Below are positions 18,894 to 28,554 of a DNA stretch of 64,000 bases, one piece after another (the first letter of the stretch is position 1; each line of letters begins with the position of its first letter). Under the pieces are notes generated by a model that ran no database searches, was not told where the DNA came from, and saw only the letters and a program-made list of their open reading frames with translations. The DNA lies in IMG/VR virus record IMGVR_UViG_3300032287_004484, positions 124,001 through 188,000 of that record. One strand, given 5' to 3'. Made by a program: the position numbers and the translations under genes.

Positions 18894-20270
18894 ATGAAAG
18901 ATAAAAAAAACTTACAATCTAATTATCATTTCATTCAAAAACTATCTTTTTATTTTAGTCAAAAAACATCCTTTATTTCTTCTACTAATGGTCTAAATTG
19001 TAATGCTACTGATCCAAAAGAAATAATAAAACTTATAATTAATAAAGATAAGCAAATAAATTATGATTTGTTATTTAAAGATATTTTTTTAAATAATAAA
19101 AAAATAGATAAATACATTGATTATTACAAATTATCTAAAATTAGTTATCATGATAATTTAGAAGTAATACAAATTTTATTAAGAATATTATCTCAAAAAA
19201 GAATTAAAAAATTACTTATTAACGATTTCAAATTAATTAGAAGTCTTAACAGATATATTGTTGAATTTAAAAATATTTTTACAAAAATAAAAAAGATTGA
19301 TTTAATTACAAAAAATTATCCTAAGTTTTTAAAAGATAGCGGTAGTCAAGTTTTTAAAATAGAATACGATAATGGAGATATATTTTATTTTAAAAACATC
19401 AAGAAAAAAATTAAAAATGAAATATTAATTGATTCAACAATTAAAAATTCTGAGTTAAGACCGTGTCATTTAAATTTATCAGATACCTACAATAAACAGC
19501 AATTATATAGATTATTAAGATTTAAACTAAGAAAATTATCAAATCAAAAAATCTCAGAAATTTTATTAATCATTTTAGAATCAATAATTAAATTAGATAA
19601 AATTTCTGATAAAATCTATATACCTGAATTAAACGATAAATTAAAAGAAATATCAATTGAGGATCAGCGTTGTATTTTTAAAGATTTTGGAGAAATTATA
19701 AGTGCTTTTAATTATTGTCAAAATGATAAGGTTTCTTTTACGACGTATAATGAAAAAGTAGTTGATTTTATAATTCACAAAGAAAATAAAAAAGAATTAT
19801 ATTCCTGTAAATACACGAAAAATAATAGTTCTAAATCATCTTTAAGTTATATTTTAGATTACATGAAAACTTTACAATTAGATGATGAAGAAAAAAAATT
19901 ATACGATTTATTATCTATTGTTGTTGAATCTAAAGGTTCTCTTAATTCTTTTAATAATTTATCAAATTTTTTAAACATTAAAGAGTCTAGTGATATAGAA
20001 TTCTTTAATCTTCCAATAAAAGATCAAAGAAATGGAAGATTAATTTATATCTATTCGAGGAATTGTAAAAAGATTTTAAATAATTCATTTTATAAAAATC
20101 TTTTAAACAGAATATTAAACAAATTGGATATTAACCAAATAACTATTAATTATGACAGAAATAATTTTATATCTTTTGATAATAATCATTTTAGCGAGAG
20201 TTCATTCATCTTTGAATCATCAGTAAGTGTAAATAAATATAATTCTAAATTATGTTTTAAAATGGAATAA
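18894..20270 (+). CDS. Hypothetical protein, possible PD-(D/E)XK nuclease-like domain
   Basis: DFGEII...VVDF...YSCK spacing; weak. Confidence 0.45.
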   Translation: MKDKKNLQSNYHFIQKLSFYFSQKTSFISSTNGLNCNATDPKEIIKLIINKDKQINYDLLFKDIFLNNKKIDKYIDYYKLSKISYHDNLEVIQILLRILSQKRIKKLLINDFKLIRSLNRYIVEFKNIFTKIKKIDLITKNYPKFLKDSGSQVFKIEYDNGDIFYFKNIKKKIKNEILIDSTIKNSELRPCHLNLSDTYNKQQLYRLLRFKLRKLSNQKISEILLIILESIIKLDKISDKIYIPELNDKLKEISIEDQRCIFKDFGEIISAFNYCQNDKVSFTTYNEKVVDFIIHKENKKELYSCKYTKNNSSKSSLSYILDYMKTLQLDDEEKKLYDLLSIVVESKGSLNSFNNLSNFLNIKESSDIEFFNLPIKDQRNGRLIYIYSRNCKKILNNSFYKNLLNRILNKLDINQITINYDRNNFISFDNNHFSESSFIFESSVSVNKYNSKLCFKME

Positions 20271-20273
20271 AAA

Positions 20274-20720
20274 ATGGAAGATTTATACGAAGAGTTAGAA
20301 GAACTAAATTCTATCAAAAAGAAAAAAAAGAAACCGCGTGAAAAAAGGGTTCTTGAAGAAGATGAACAATTTAATGTTATCAGATATTTAAGAGATAAAC
20401 ATCCTGACGTTCTTTTTAGAGTTTCTATTGATGGAGTAAGATTACCTATTGGCATTTTAATGAAAATTAAAAAAAGCGGTGGTCTTCAAAAAGGATTACC
20501 AGATATTGAGATCTTTCATCCAAATAATGGTTATCATGGTCTTTTTATTGAAATGAAAAAGACTGGAAGAAAACTTAAAAAGAAAAATGGTGATTGGGTT
20601 GATGAGAAAATAGAACTACAGGCTTTAACAATTCAAAAATTAAATTCACTTGGATATTTAGCAGCTTTTGCTGATGGAGAAAAAGACGCAATTAAAATAA
20701 TTGATGATTATTTTAAGTAA
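20274..20720 (+). CDS. VRR-NUC domain nuclease
   Basis: EDEQ, KGLPDI, GLFIEMK, LNSLGY. Confidence 0.85.
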   Translation: MEDLYEELEELNSIKKKKKKPREKRVLEEDEQFNVIRYLRDKHPDVLFRVSIDGVRLPIGILMKIKKSGGLQKGLPDIEIFHPNNGYHGLFIEMKKTGRKLKKKNGDWVDEKIELQALTIQKLNSLGYLAAFADGEKDAIKIIDDYFK

Positions 20721-22041
20721 TTTCTTTTTTTAACATTTTAATAAAATTATCTTGCCTTATATTTTTAATAAAATTTCCAATTCTATTTAAAGAATAATCG
20801 ATTTTAGGTAATTTATATTCTATATCGTTTGTTTTTGTTTTTAAAATTGATGATGTTGCATAAATGGATCTTGAAATTAAATTAGTTAATTTCTCTGAAT
20901 CTTGCTGATTTAATTCAAATATTTTTTGATCGTCTTTAAAATTAGTAAATATTTTTAAAAAAACTGGATAATCTTTGAAATGTTCTTTAAAATCTTTAAA
21001 AGTAGTATTTTCATTAAAAGTGTCAGAACTCTTTAGTAAATCAATAAAATCTCGTTTATAATCTTTTGTATAAAATCTATTTTCCATTTTATTTAATGCC
21101 AAATATAAAGGTTTTATTATATAATTAATTTCTTTATCTTTTATTTTAACATTGTTTTTTATTTTTAAAATAATATATTTTATTTCTTTTTCAGAAAAAC
21201 CTTCAAAGTCATTATATAATATAATTTCTTTTATTTTTTCTTTTATTTTTTTTTCAAAATTATTATCATCTTTAAAGATTTCATTTATTTCAAGAATAGA
21301 AAAATCTACATTATTTATAATAAAATTATCTATTTTAAAATCAAAATTATAGTGATTACCTAATAAAGCATATAGTTCTCTTAAAATTTCTTCTGGAGAA
21401 TATGTTTTAGCATCTTTAGAATTATTTTTACTATCTTTATCACTTTTTAATGGCATATATAGTAATTTGCTTTCTTTATCTTTTGCTTGAAATTTATAAA
21501 TATCTTTATTATCTAAAATTGTATGTAAATTAAAATCATGTAAAAAAGTTAATAAACCGTTACTTACATTATCTTTATTAATAACTAAAGAAAATAATTC
21601 ATGGTTAGAATTTTCATTATAAATAGAAAATGATATTTTTCTTAAAATTTGATAATTAATTAAATTAATAAAATCATTAGAATTTATTTTTTCTTTATTA
21701 TTTTCGTATATTTTTTTAAATTTTTCAACTAAAATATATTTTAGATCTTTTAAAGTAATTTCATTTAAAAAATATTTATCAAAATCTGAAACGTCAAAGA
21801 TTAGTGATAATTTATTATTATCATTAAAATAATTAATAATGGGATTATTTATTTTTATGTAAAAATCCGTATGTTTTTCTTTATATATTTCTTTTAATAT
21901 TTCATTAATATAATCAACAGATTTTTTAAATATTTCTATAACCTGTATAGGTGTTTTATCACTTATATTAAAATTATATTTAACGTTTTGATATGAACCT
22001 ATTCCTTCAATAATTATTGAAAGATTTTTTATAAATTTCAT
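20713..22041 (-). CDS. Hypothetical protein with leader-like N-terminus
   Basis: 442 aa ORF, starts MKFIKNLSIIIE. Confidence 0.6.
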   Translation of the reverse strand: MKFIKNLSIIIEGIGSYQNVKYNFNISDKTPIQVIEIFKKSVDYINEILKEIYKEKHTDFYIKINNPIINYFNDNNKLSLIFDVSDFDKYFLNEITLKDLKYILVEKFKKIYENNKEKINSNDFINLINYQILRKISFSIYNENSNHELFSLVINKDNVSNGLLTFLHDFNLHTILDNKDIYKFQAKDKESKLLYMPLKSDKDSKNNSKDAKTYSPEEILRELYALLGNHYNFDFKIDNFIINNVDFSILEINEIFKDDNNFEKKIKEKIKEIILYNDFEGFSEKEIKYIILKIKNNVKIKDKEINYIIKPLYLALNKMENRFYTKDYKRDFIDLLKSSDTFNENTTFKDFKEHFKDYPVFLKIFTNFKDDQKIFELNQQDSEKLTNLISRSIYATSSILKTKTNDIEYKLPKIDYSLNRIGNFIKNIRQDNFIKMLKKEIT

Positions 22042-22079
22042 ATTTTATTTTTATGATTTAAAATAATTAATTTTAAAAA

Positions 22080-22376
22080 TTAAATAGCATATTCTTCTAA
22101 TTGGTATTTTTTTATAAGATCAATAAATCTAGTGTTTCTTAATTGTAAATAAGATTCTTCTTTTATTTTTTTAAATTTTTCATTATCTAAAGGAATTTTA
22201 ATATCACTGTTAATATTTTGTCCATATTCACTAATAGAAACATAATCTGATTTGATTGGTGATCCACAAAATAATTTATCTGTTTTTGTATCTAATATTT
22301 TAATCGTATTAATTAATTGACGATTACCTTTTAAAGAAATCAACAAAATATACCTACTAATTGCATTTATTTTCAT
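22080..22376 (-). CDS. Hypothetical protein
   Basis: 98 aa ORF directly behind TAAACA-N17-TATAAT. Confidence 0.65.
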   Translation of the reverse strand: MKINAISRYILLISLKGNRQLINTIKILDTKTDKLFCGSPIKSDYVSISEYGQNINSDIKIPLDNEKFKKIKEESYLQLRNTRFIDLIKKYQLEEYAI

Positions 22377-22382
22377 ATACTA

Positions 22383-22411
22383 ATTATAATTAGTAGTTTT
22401 TAAAATGTTTA
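22383..22411 (-). promoter_or_regulatory. TAAACA-N17-TATAAT promoter, probably leaderless
   Basis: -10 box ends 6 nt before ATG 22376; no SD. Confidence 0.6.
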
Positions 22412-22427
22412 AACCTATAAAATATTT

Positions 22428-22787
22428 TTAAACAAAAAATATCCAATTATGTTTTGGTCTATTATGTGTATAATAAAAATCTTTTTCGTGAAAATAAGCT
22501 TCTTTTTCAAATGGATTTTTATAATATGCCTCTAAATAAGGATTTTTAAAATTAAAACTTATTAATTCTTTAATTATGTTAATTAGCATAAAATAAACAT
22601 ATAAAAAATAAAATCCTATTATCAATAATTCTTTTTGCTGTTCAATATGAATTAATTCATGATTAACTATTATTTCAATTTCTGGATCTTTTTCTAAAGT
22701 TTTTAAAATAAAAATAAAAGGATATAAAGTTATACCGCTAGCAAAACCAAATGTAATGTACTTAACTAAATTTGTAAATATTATCAT
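22428..22787 (-). CDS. Small membrane-associated HExxH metallopeptidase-like protein
   Basis: GITLYPFIF, NHELIHIEQ, NPFEKEAY. Confidence 0.75.
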   Translation of the reverse strand: MIIFTNLVKYITFGFASGITLYPFIFILKTLEKDPEIEIIVNHELIHIEQQKELLIIGFYFLYVYFMLINIIKELISFNFKNPYLEAYYKNPFEKEAYFHEKDFYYTHNRPKHNWIFFV

Positions 22788-22874
22788 ATATAAATATTTT
22801 TATATTTATACTATTATTTTTAATAAAAATAATAGTATTTAATATCTTTTTTTAAAGCTTTTGATAAATTATCT

Positions 22875-23468
22875 CTAATTAATTAATTTTATAGTTATAA
22901 TGCAATCTTTATCGACACTAATTATAAAACCTTTATACTGCGTTTTTTTTATTTTATCAAATCTTTTTTGATTTTTATCGTTAAAATCGTCATATTTTAT
23001 TTTTGAAGAAAAATTTGATTCTACTAATTCTATAATATTTTTAAAAATTATTTTAAAATTTTTATTAATCATTGCTTGTCTATAAGATAAAGTTTTTTCA
23101 TATCCTTCTTTATCTTTAAAAAAATTAGGCGATTTTTTTACTATTATATTTGCGCCAAAAGTATTAAAAAACTCAACAAATTTTACTTGCTCTTCATCTC
23201 CTTTTATATACATTTCACCATCAGTTAAAAGATATAACGATTTTAAATCTATTCTTTTATATGAATTATCTTTTATTTTAATTTTTGTTCTTGCTGAAAC
23301 AAGCGATTTTTTTATGCCTATTTTTTCTCCTAAATCCTCAAGTTTTCCTACTACTTCTGCTCCTATTTCTTGAACTGCTGCTTTAGCAAGTCTATATCCT
23401 TTCCAAGCTTCATCATAATTTTGTTTTTCTTCTTGAATTATTTCTAAATAATCATAAAAATTTTTCAT
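22875..23468 (-). CDS. Hypothetical protein with N-terminal leader (putative internal head protein)
   Basis: Starts MKNFYDYLEIIQE; GAGG RBS; CATAAATATAT upstream. Confidence 0.75.
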   Translation of the reverse strand: MKNFYDYLEIIQEEKQNYDEAWKGYRLAKAAVQEIGAEVVGKLEDLGEKIGIKKSLVSARTKIKIKDNSYKRIDLKSLYLLTDGEMYIKGDEEQVKFVEFFNTFGANIIVKKSPNFFKDKEGYEKTLSYRQAMINKNFKIIFKNIIELVESNFSSKIKYDDFNDKNQKRFDKIKKTQYKGFIISVDKDCIITIKLIN

Positions 23469-23527
23469 TTTTTTTATTTACCTCTTAAATATATTTATGT
23501 TATATTTTTTTTTCAATTTAGCAAATT

Positions 23528-23929
23528 TTAAAAAAATATATTATCCCATTCTTTAGGTAATAAGGATATATCTATTTTTCTAACTTTAATTGGTAAATTA
23601 TTTAATTTAGCTTTTTTTAATCTATGATGTCCATCTATAATTATTTTTTCTCCAGTAGAATCTTTAGTTATAATTATTATTGGATAATCTAAATCAGAAG
23701 CTTCTACTCTTAGTAAAGTATCTTCATCTGTTTTTTCACTATGAATAGAATTATATTTTTCAGACGGTTCTTCTATTATAGGAATGTTATTTTCTTTTAG
23801 TTTTTTTTGTATATCAGACATTGTAACTTGATTAATTTCATCTGACCAGTATTCATCTATAAGATTAGGATTTTTTATTAAAGATGTAGCATCATTAATA
23901 ATTTTTAAATATTCATATAGTTTAATCAC
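23528..23929 (-). CDS. ParB/Srx N-terminal-domain protein with leader-like N-terminus
   Basis: SDLDYPIII, IIDGHHRL; GTG start, MIKLYEYLKIIND. Confidence 0.75.
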   Translation of the reverse strand: MIKLYEYLKIINDATSLIKNPNLIDEYWSDEINQVTMSDIQKKLKENNIPIIEEPSEKYNSIHSEKTDEDTLLRVEASDLDYPIIIITKDSTGEKIIIDGHHRLKKAKLNNLPIKVRKIDISLLPKEWDNIFF

Positions 23930-24036
23930 ACTATATATTTAGTTGATAAAATAATTAATTGTGATTTATTTTAAAAATTTTTTGTGTATATTTATGTTTA
24001 TTATTATTAAAAATAAAAATAGAGGTACAAATTAAT

Positions 24037-24285
24037 ATGAAAAATTTTCATGATTATCTAGAAATAATTCAAGAAAAAACTGCGAATATTCCAAGCAGAG
24101 GATCAGAGGATCATCTTAAGATGATCGCACAAAAAATTTATAATATGGTTAAATCTGATGGAATGGCTACATGGAATTCAACTTCAAGATCAGAAGTATA
24201 TGATAATAAAAAATACTATGGAGTACAAAAGTTATCGGAAGATCAGATAATTGAAGTTTTAGGTATGGTTGATAAAATGTTTTAA
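24037..24285 (+). CDS. Small protein with N-terminal leader (putative internal head protein)
   Basis: Starts MKNFHDYLEIIQE; GAGG RBS. Confidence 0.75.
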   Translation: MKNFHDYLEIIQEKTANIPSRGSEDHLKMIAQKIYNMVKSDGMATWNSTSRSEVYDNKKYYGVQKLSEDQIIEVLGMVDKMF

Positions 24286-24293
24286 TAAATATA

Positions 24294-24722
24294 TTAAAGT
24301 ATTTTTTGATATTTTATTTTTCCTTTTTGAAATATAAGATCGGTATAATTAGAATTATAATCTTCTATATAATTAACTTCTTTTATACCACTATGAACAA
24401 TTAGCGCTGCACACTGAGCGCATGGTTTAGTTGTGCAGTACATTACTCCACCTTTAATAGATATTCCTAAATAAGCAGCTGTTGCGATTGCTCCTTGTTC
24501 AGCGTGCTGACAAAGAGCTTTTTCAAGATTAGTTCCACTGATATTATTAGAATTACATCTTGTACAATCATCTGTAGAACATTTTTTAGGAGGACTATTC
24601 CATCCTTCTGCAACGATTCTATCTTCAATCGTAATGATTGCGCCAACTTTACGGGACAAACATTCGCTTTGTTCAGCAATTCGTAAAACTATGTCTTTAA
24701 AGAATCTATTTTTATCTTTCAT
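24294..24722 (-). CDS. dCMP deaminase
   Basis: SECLSRKVGA, HAEQ, PCAQC. Confidence 0.9.
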   Translation of the reverse strand: MKDKNRFFKDIVLRIAEQSECLSRKVGAIITIEDRIVAEGWNSPPKKCSTDDCTRCNSNNISGTNLEKALCQHAEQGAIATAAYLGISIKGGVMYCTTKPCAQCAALIVHSGIKEVNYIEDYNSNYTDLIFQKGKIKYQKIL

Positions 24723-24793
24723 AATTATAATAAATATATTAAAGTTATATTATAAATGTTTAAAAAATAATAATATAACTTTATTAATTTATT

Positions 24794-25126
24794 TTAATTA
24801 AAATTCTTAGCCATGAAATCTATAAATTTGTTTCTTGGTGTTGCTCCAATAATTTTATCTACTACAACACCATTGTCAAGGACTATAAAAGTAGGTATAG
24901 AATTTACTGAAAAACCTCTTAAAATTGAAACTAAATCACCATTATCAGCATCTAATTTAAGAATTTTAATTTCTTTATTACCTTTAATCATCATGTCATC
25001 TATATCATAAATTATTGGAGACATCATTTTACATGGAGAACACCATTCTGCCCAAATATCTAATAAAACTTTATTATTAGATATTTGTTCTAAATATTCT
25101 TCGTTATTTTGTATGCTTAATATCAA
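24794..25126 (-). CDS. trxA: Thioredoxin
   Basis: WAEWCSPCK, SIPTF. Confidence 0.9.
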   Translation of the reverse strand: MILSIQNNEEYLEQISNNKVLLDIWAEWCSPCKMMSPIIYDIDDMMIKGNKEIKILKLDADNGDLVSILRGFSVNSIPTFIVLDNGVVVDKIIGATPRNKFIDFMAKNFN

Positions 25127-26979
25127 AGAGCAACCTCACAAACCCCGCCTCCGCAGGCTACTATTTCACCTCTGTTAGTAAAATCTTCGATTTCTCTTAC
25201 CTTAGTAAGATCAATTACTTTAACTAATTTTTCCATTTGGTCATATTTTTCAACAGATATTTCTTCAAAAGGTGCTTGCTGATAAGTTCCGCCGTCATAT
25301 GGTAATAGAGATACTCCAGTGTACTGATCTCTAGTATTCCACATTTCTTCTCTTAAAGAATCCCATTCATTTTCTCTAACAGAAATAGTTACTGAACAAT
25401 TATGAGTATTTGCTCCGCTTCGATGTCCTTCTTTAATCCAACTAACATTATACATATTAGCACGTTTTAACATATCTAGAGCAGTAGTTTTTTCTCTTGT
25501 GACAGATCCTTTTGGAGATTCTTGAGGAATAGAAACTACAACTCCATTTTCACTAAAAATATCTTGTTCTACTAATTCTGGAATTACTGTTCCTAAATAT
25601 TTTGCTAGAGGATCATTACCATTCATTCTTATTCTTCTAATATACCATTGTGAATGGCGATCATGTACTCCAGAAGAACTTCCAACAATAGTTGAAACGG
25701 TTCCTTCTGGTTTAACTGCTGATACTCTTGCTGCTACATTAATACCAATTTTTTTAGCCATTTCTTCATTAGTTTGAAGTGCTAATTTTGCTCCTTGTCT
25801 TAGAAGTTCAGGAGTAACGAATCCCATATTATCAGCAACACCAGTAAATGAAACACCTAATAGAGCTTCTTTTTCTGTTTGTATTTGCCAATTTTCAGAC
25901 AGGTAAGGAAATGTAGTATAAGAAGCCTGAATAGTTCCTATAATTGTTGCGGCTTTAATTCTTTTAAAGAATTCTTTTTCATTAGTAATTCCAGTTTGGT
26001 TAATACTTGTTAAATTACAAAACTGTTGTGAGTTAAGACCGATTTCAGCACAGGGATTTGTACCTAATTCATAATCGTTAGTCCAAAAAACACCTGGTTC
26101 ACCAGCATTAGAATCACGACACATATTATAAATATAATCAAATTCTTCTTTTGTTGTTTCTTGTCTATGTAAAACAACAGAATTATTTGCTCTAGCACGA
26201 TAAGGAGCTTTTTCCCACCATGTTCCACTTTTACATTTTAACATTTCTTCGTTATTTTTATCAAACAAAGATATTAAAGCTGCTCGACGAATTCCACCAG
26301 CAAGAACACAATCAGCAATCATACAAATAATATCGTGAACTTCTATTGCTTTTAATTTTCTTCCAATAGCATTAACAAACATTTTATCTACTTCTGTCAA
26401 CATGTGTCTTAGAGGTTCTGGTCCTGGAGCTTTAGCGCCTGTAGTAACTAGATATGATCCTTTAGGTCTAATTCCACTAAAATCATATTCTGGTTTAATT
26501 CCAGCATTAAAATAAGAATCTACTAACATGTTTAAAGATTGTCCCCAACCTTCTATACTATCGTGGACTCTAAAATAGCCTTCTTCTTTTGGTTTTCTGA
26601 TTGCTGGTAATTGATTAACGTGTCTATTTTGAACTGAAAATCCAACTCCTGTTCCACTTAATAATAAAAATAAAATTTCACTAAAAACTCTTTGATAAGT
26701 AATATTAACGAACGAACAATTATAAGACCTAGAATTATTAGAAATCACTGCTTCTCCACTAAATTGCATAGACCTCATAGACGGCATAATTTTTAAATCG
26801 TGCACTAAAGAAAATGCTTTGGTTATTTCAGAACTTAATTTAGGAAAACGATCTAAATGCATGTTCATTGTTCTATTTGTTGTTTCTGAAAGTGTTTCTC
26901 TTCTTTGGAGATGTGATATATATTTAGCATATGTTCTAAAACTGACAACATCGCTAAGTAACTTGTTTGATTCGTTCAT
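25123..26979 (-). CDS. nrdJ: Class II (adenosylcobalamin-dependent) ribonucleotide reductase
   Basis: YNCS, GTGVGFSV, RRAALISL, GEPG, TNPCAEI, FCNL, VKPEGT, YQQAPFE, C-terminal ACGGGVCE. Confidence 0.92.
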   Translation of the reverse strand: MNESNKLLSDVVSFRTYAKYISHLQRRETLSETTNRTMNMHLDRFPKLSSEITKAFSLVHDLKIMPSMRSMQFSGEAVISNNSRSYNCSFVNITYQRVFSEILFLLLSGTGVGFSVQNRHVNQLPAIRKPKEEGYFRVHDSIEGWGQSLNMLVDSYFNAGIKPEYDFSGIRPKGSYLVTTGAKAPGPEPLRHMLTEVDKMFVNAIGRKLKAIEVHDIICMIADCVLAGGIRRAALISLFDKNNEEMLKCKSGTWWEKAPYRARANNSVVLHRQETTKEEFDYIYNMCRDSNAGEPGVFWTNDYELGTNPCAEIGLNSQQFCNLTSINQTGITNEKEFFKRIKAATIIGTIQASYTTFPYLSENWQIQTEKEALLGVSFTGVADNMGFVTPELLRQGAKLALQTNEEMAKKIGINVAARVSAVKPEGTVSTIVGSSSGVHDRHSQWYIRRIRMNGNDPLAKYLGTVIPELVEQDIFSENGVVVSIPQESPKGSVTREKTTALDMLKRANMYNVSWIKEGHRSGANTHNCSVTISVRENEWDSLREEMWNTRDQYTGVSLLPYDGGTYQQAPFEEISVEKYDQMEKLVKVIDLTKVREIEDFTNRGEIVACGGGVCEVAL

Positions 26980-27047
26980 TATTTTTTCCTTTTTGATTGA
27001 TATGATTAAAAATATCTTTTATTGTAATACAACTAAAAATTGTAAAA

Positions 27048-27545
27048 TTAATTATATATCATAAAATTATTTATGATTATTCCTTCTCCACGTTGAAGAT
27101 AGAATCCATAGTTAAAGAAATAATTTTTTTCTTTTTTTTCTACTTCATCTGGATTAAAAGTTTCAATTATGTCTACGTCTCCAACTAACCAATCGTGTTC
27201 AAATTTATCATATGATGCTATAGAATCATCTAAACTTATATCTTCAATTTTAACTGGTGATAAAATACCATCAGAATCTAATCTTAGAAATGAACCTTCG
27301 CTTTCAAGGAACTGAATAATTATTTGATTATCGTCACTTGTTTTAATTATATAAGCTTTATTTTCTATTTTATTAAGAACTTGTTTTGGTATTAATTTTA
27401 ATTCTACATCTTTATAAAAGAAATTAATTGATGATCCCCATTTAAAATGTAATGCTTTTAAACTTTCTTCTCTTTTACGCTTTATTATCTCTTCTTTATT
27501 TTCATTAATAAAGAACATTGTTTTCGATAAACATCTTACAATCAT
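27048..27545 (-). CDS. Free-standing degenerate HINT/intein-like domain protein
   Basis: CL at residues 5-6, YIIKTSDDNQIII, VKIEDISLDDSI, C-terminal IIINNFMIYN-stop. Confidence 0.55.
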   Translation of the reverse strand: MIVRCLSKTMFFINENKEEIIKRKREESLKALHFKWGSSINFFYKDVELKLIPKQVLNKIENKAYIIKTSDDNQIIIQFLESEGSFLRLDSDGILSPVKIEDISLDDSIASYDKFEHDWLVGDVDIIETFNPDEVEKKEKNYFFNYGFYLQRGEGIIINNFMIYN

Positions 27546-27904
27546 TTATAACTCCAAAAATCTTTTTTTAGTGTGCTAATTAGAAAATTGCTTAATTCAT
27601 TATCTGCCATTGTTAATCGTCTAATAGTTGTCATCTCATCTTGATTAGCAACATCTTTTTGAAAATCAGTAGGAAGAAGATTATAAAACTCATAAAATGA
27701 TATTGAATTAAAAAAATAATATTTAGAATAATTATTCCCCATGAAATAATAAATACATTCTGGAATAATAGTGTTTTCTTTTTTATAAGAAAAGAATTTT
27801 TTTAAAGTCGGTGGATTGACATTTCTTTCATTACAAAACTTGATTATGTAATTAATACTATACTTTGTTTCTTGTTTGATTTTACTAAGAGAAAAATTAT
27901 CCAT
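27542..27904 (-). CDS. Hypothetical protein
   Basis: 120 aa ORF coupled (ATGA) to the HINT-like gene. Confidence 0.65.
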   Translation of the reverse strand: MDNFSLSKIKQETKYSINYIIKFCNERNVNPPTLKKFFSYKKENTIIPECIYYFMGNNYSKYYFFNSISFYEFYNLLPTDFQKDVANQDEMTTIRRLTMADNELSNFLISTLKKDFWSYK

Positions 27905-27949
27905 GCTATTATAATTTATTTAATATTTTAATAAGTGTTTAAAACTTTT

Positions 27950-28369
27950 TTATTCCATATCGTATAAAATTAAAAAAATTCCAAACATTGTTAAAATTAT
28001 GCCAATGATATTATTAAAAGAAAATTTAATTTCATTATTAAAAAACATAATTAAAAAAATGATAATTGGATATCCTAATTCAAGAATTGAAATAACAAAA
28101 GGATTAACTTCTTTCATGGACATAAAAACTAAAAAATTTCCTAAAATATTAAATAATATAAATGATAACATTAAAATATAATTTCCATTACTAATTATTT
28201 TAATATCGTTATATAAATCTTTATTAAAATAACCAAAAGCAATGATTAAAAAATTTATAGGAAATAAGATCATACAAAAACCAGCATATGATAATCCTAA
28301 CCTAGTAATTTTACTAGACAGATAATAGGAAAATCCCCACGCAATAGCTATAAAGTAAGCAAAAATCAT
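27950..28369 (-). CDS. EamA/DMT-family membrane transporter (single repeat)
   Basis: About five hydrophobic segments, AIAWG, ELGYP, NEIKFSFNNIIGIIL. Confidence 0.75.
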   Translation of the reverse strand: MIFAYFIAIAWGFSYYLSSKITRLGLSYAGFCMILFPINFLIIAFGYFNKDLYNDIKIISNGNYILMLSFILFNILGNFLVFMSMKEVNPFVISILELGYPIIIFLIMFFNNEIKFSFNNIIGIILTMFGIFLILYDME

Positions 28370-28473
28370 TGGCTATAAGTTTTTAAATTCTTTTAAGTAT
28401 CTTTTTTCTTGTTTCTTTTTTTTTTGTTGTTTAGTTACTTAAACCGAAGAATATTTTGTCCACCTTCAGGGAA

Positions 28474-28503
28474 ATTATATACAAGATGTTTATGATATGT
28501 TTA
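28474..28503 (-). promoter_or_regulatory. TAAACA-N18-TATAAT promoter upstream of the EamA gene
   Basis: Same motif and spacing as other copies, but about 100 nt from the ATG. Confidence 0.55.
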
Positions 28504-28554
28504 AAAAAAACTTTTTTATGATAAATTTTTTCACATCGATAAAAAAATAATAAA

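Noticed and set aside
25123-26979. Intein or intron inside nrdJ
   Set aside because: Motifs are contiguous and the 618 aa length leaves no room for an insertion
27542-27904. T4 gp59 helicase-loader-like call
   Set aside because: Only a vague resemblance with no diagnostic motif; left hypothetical
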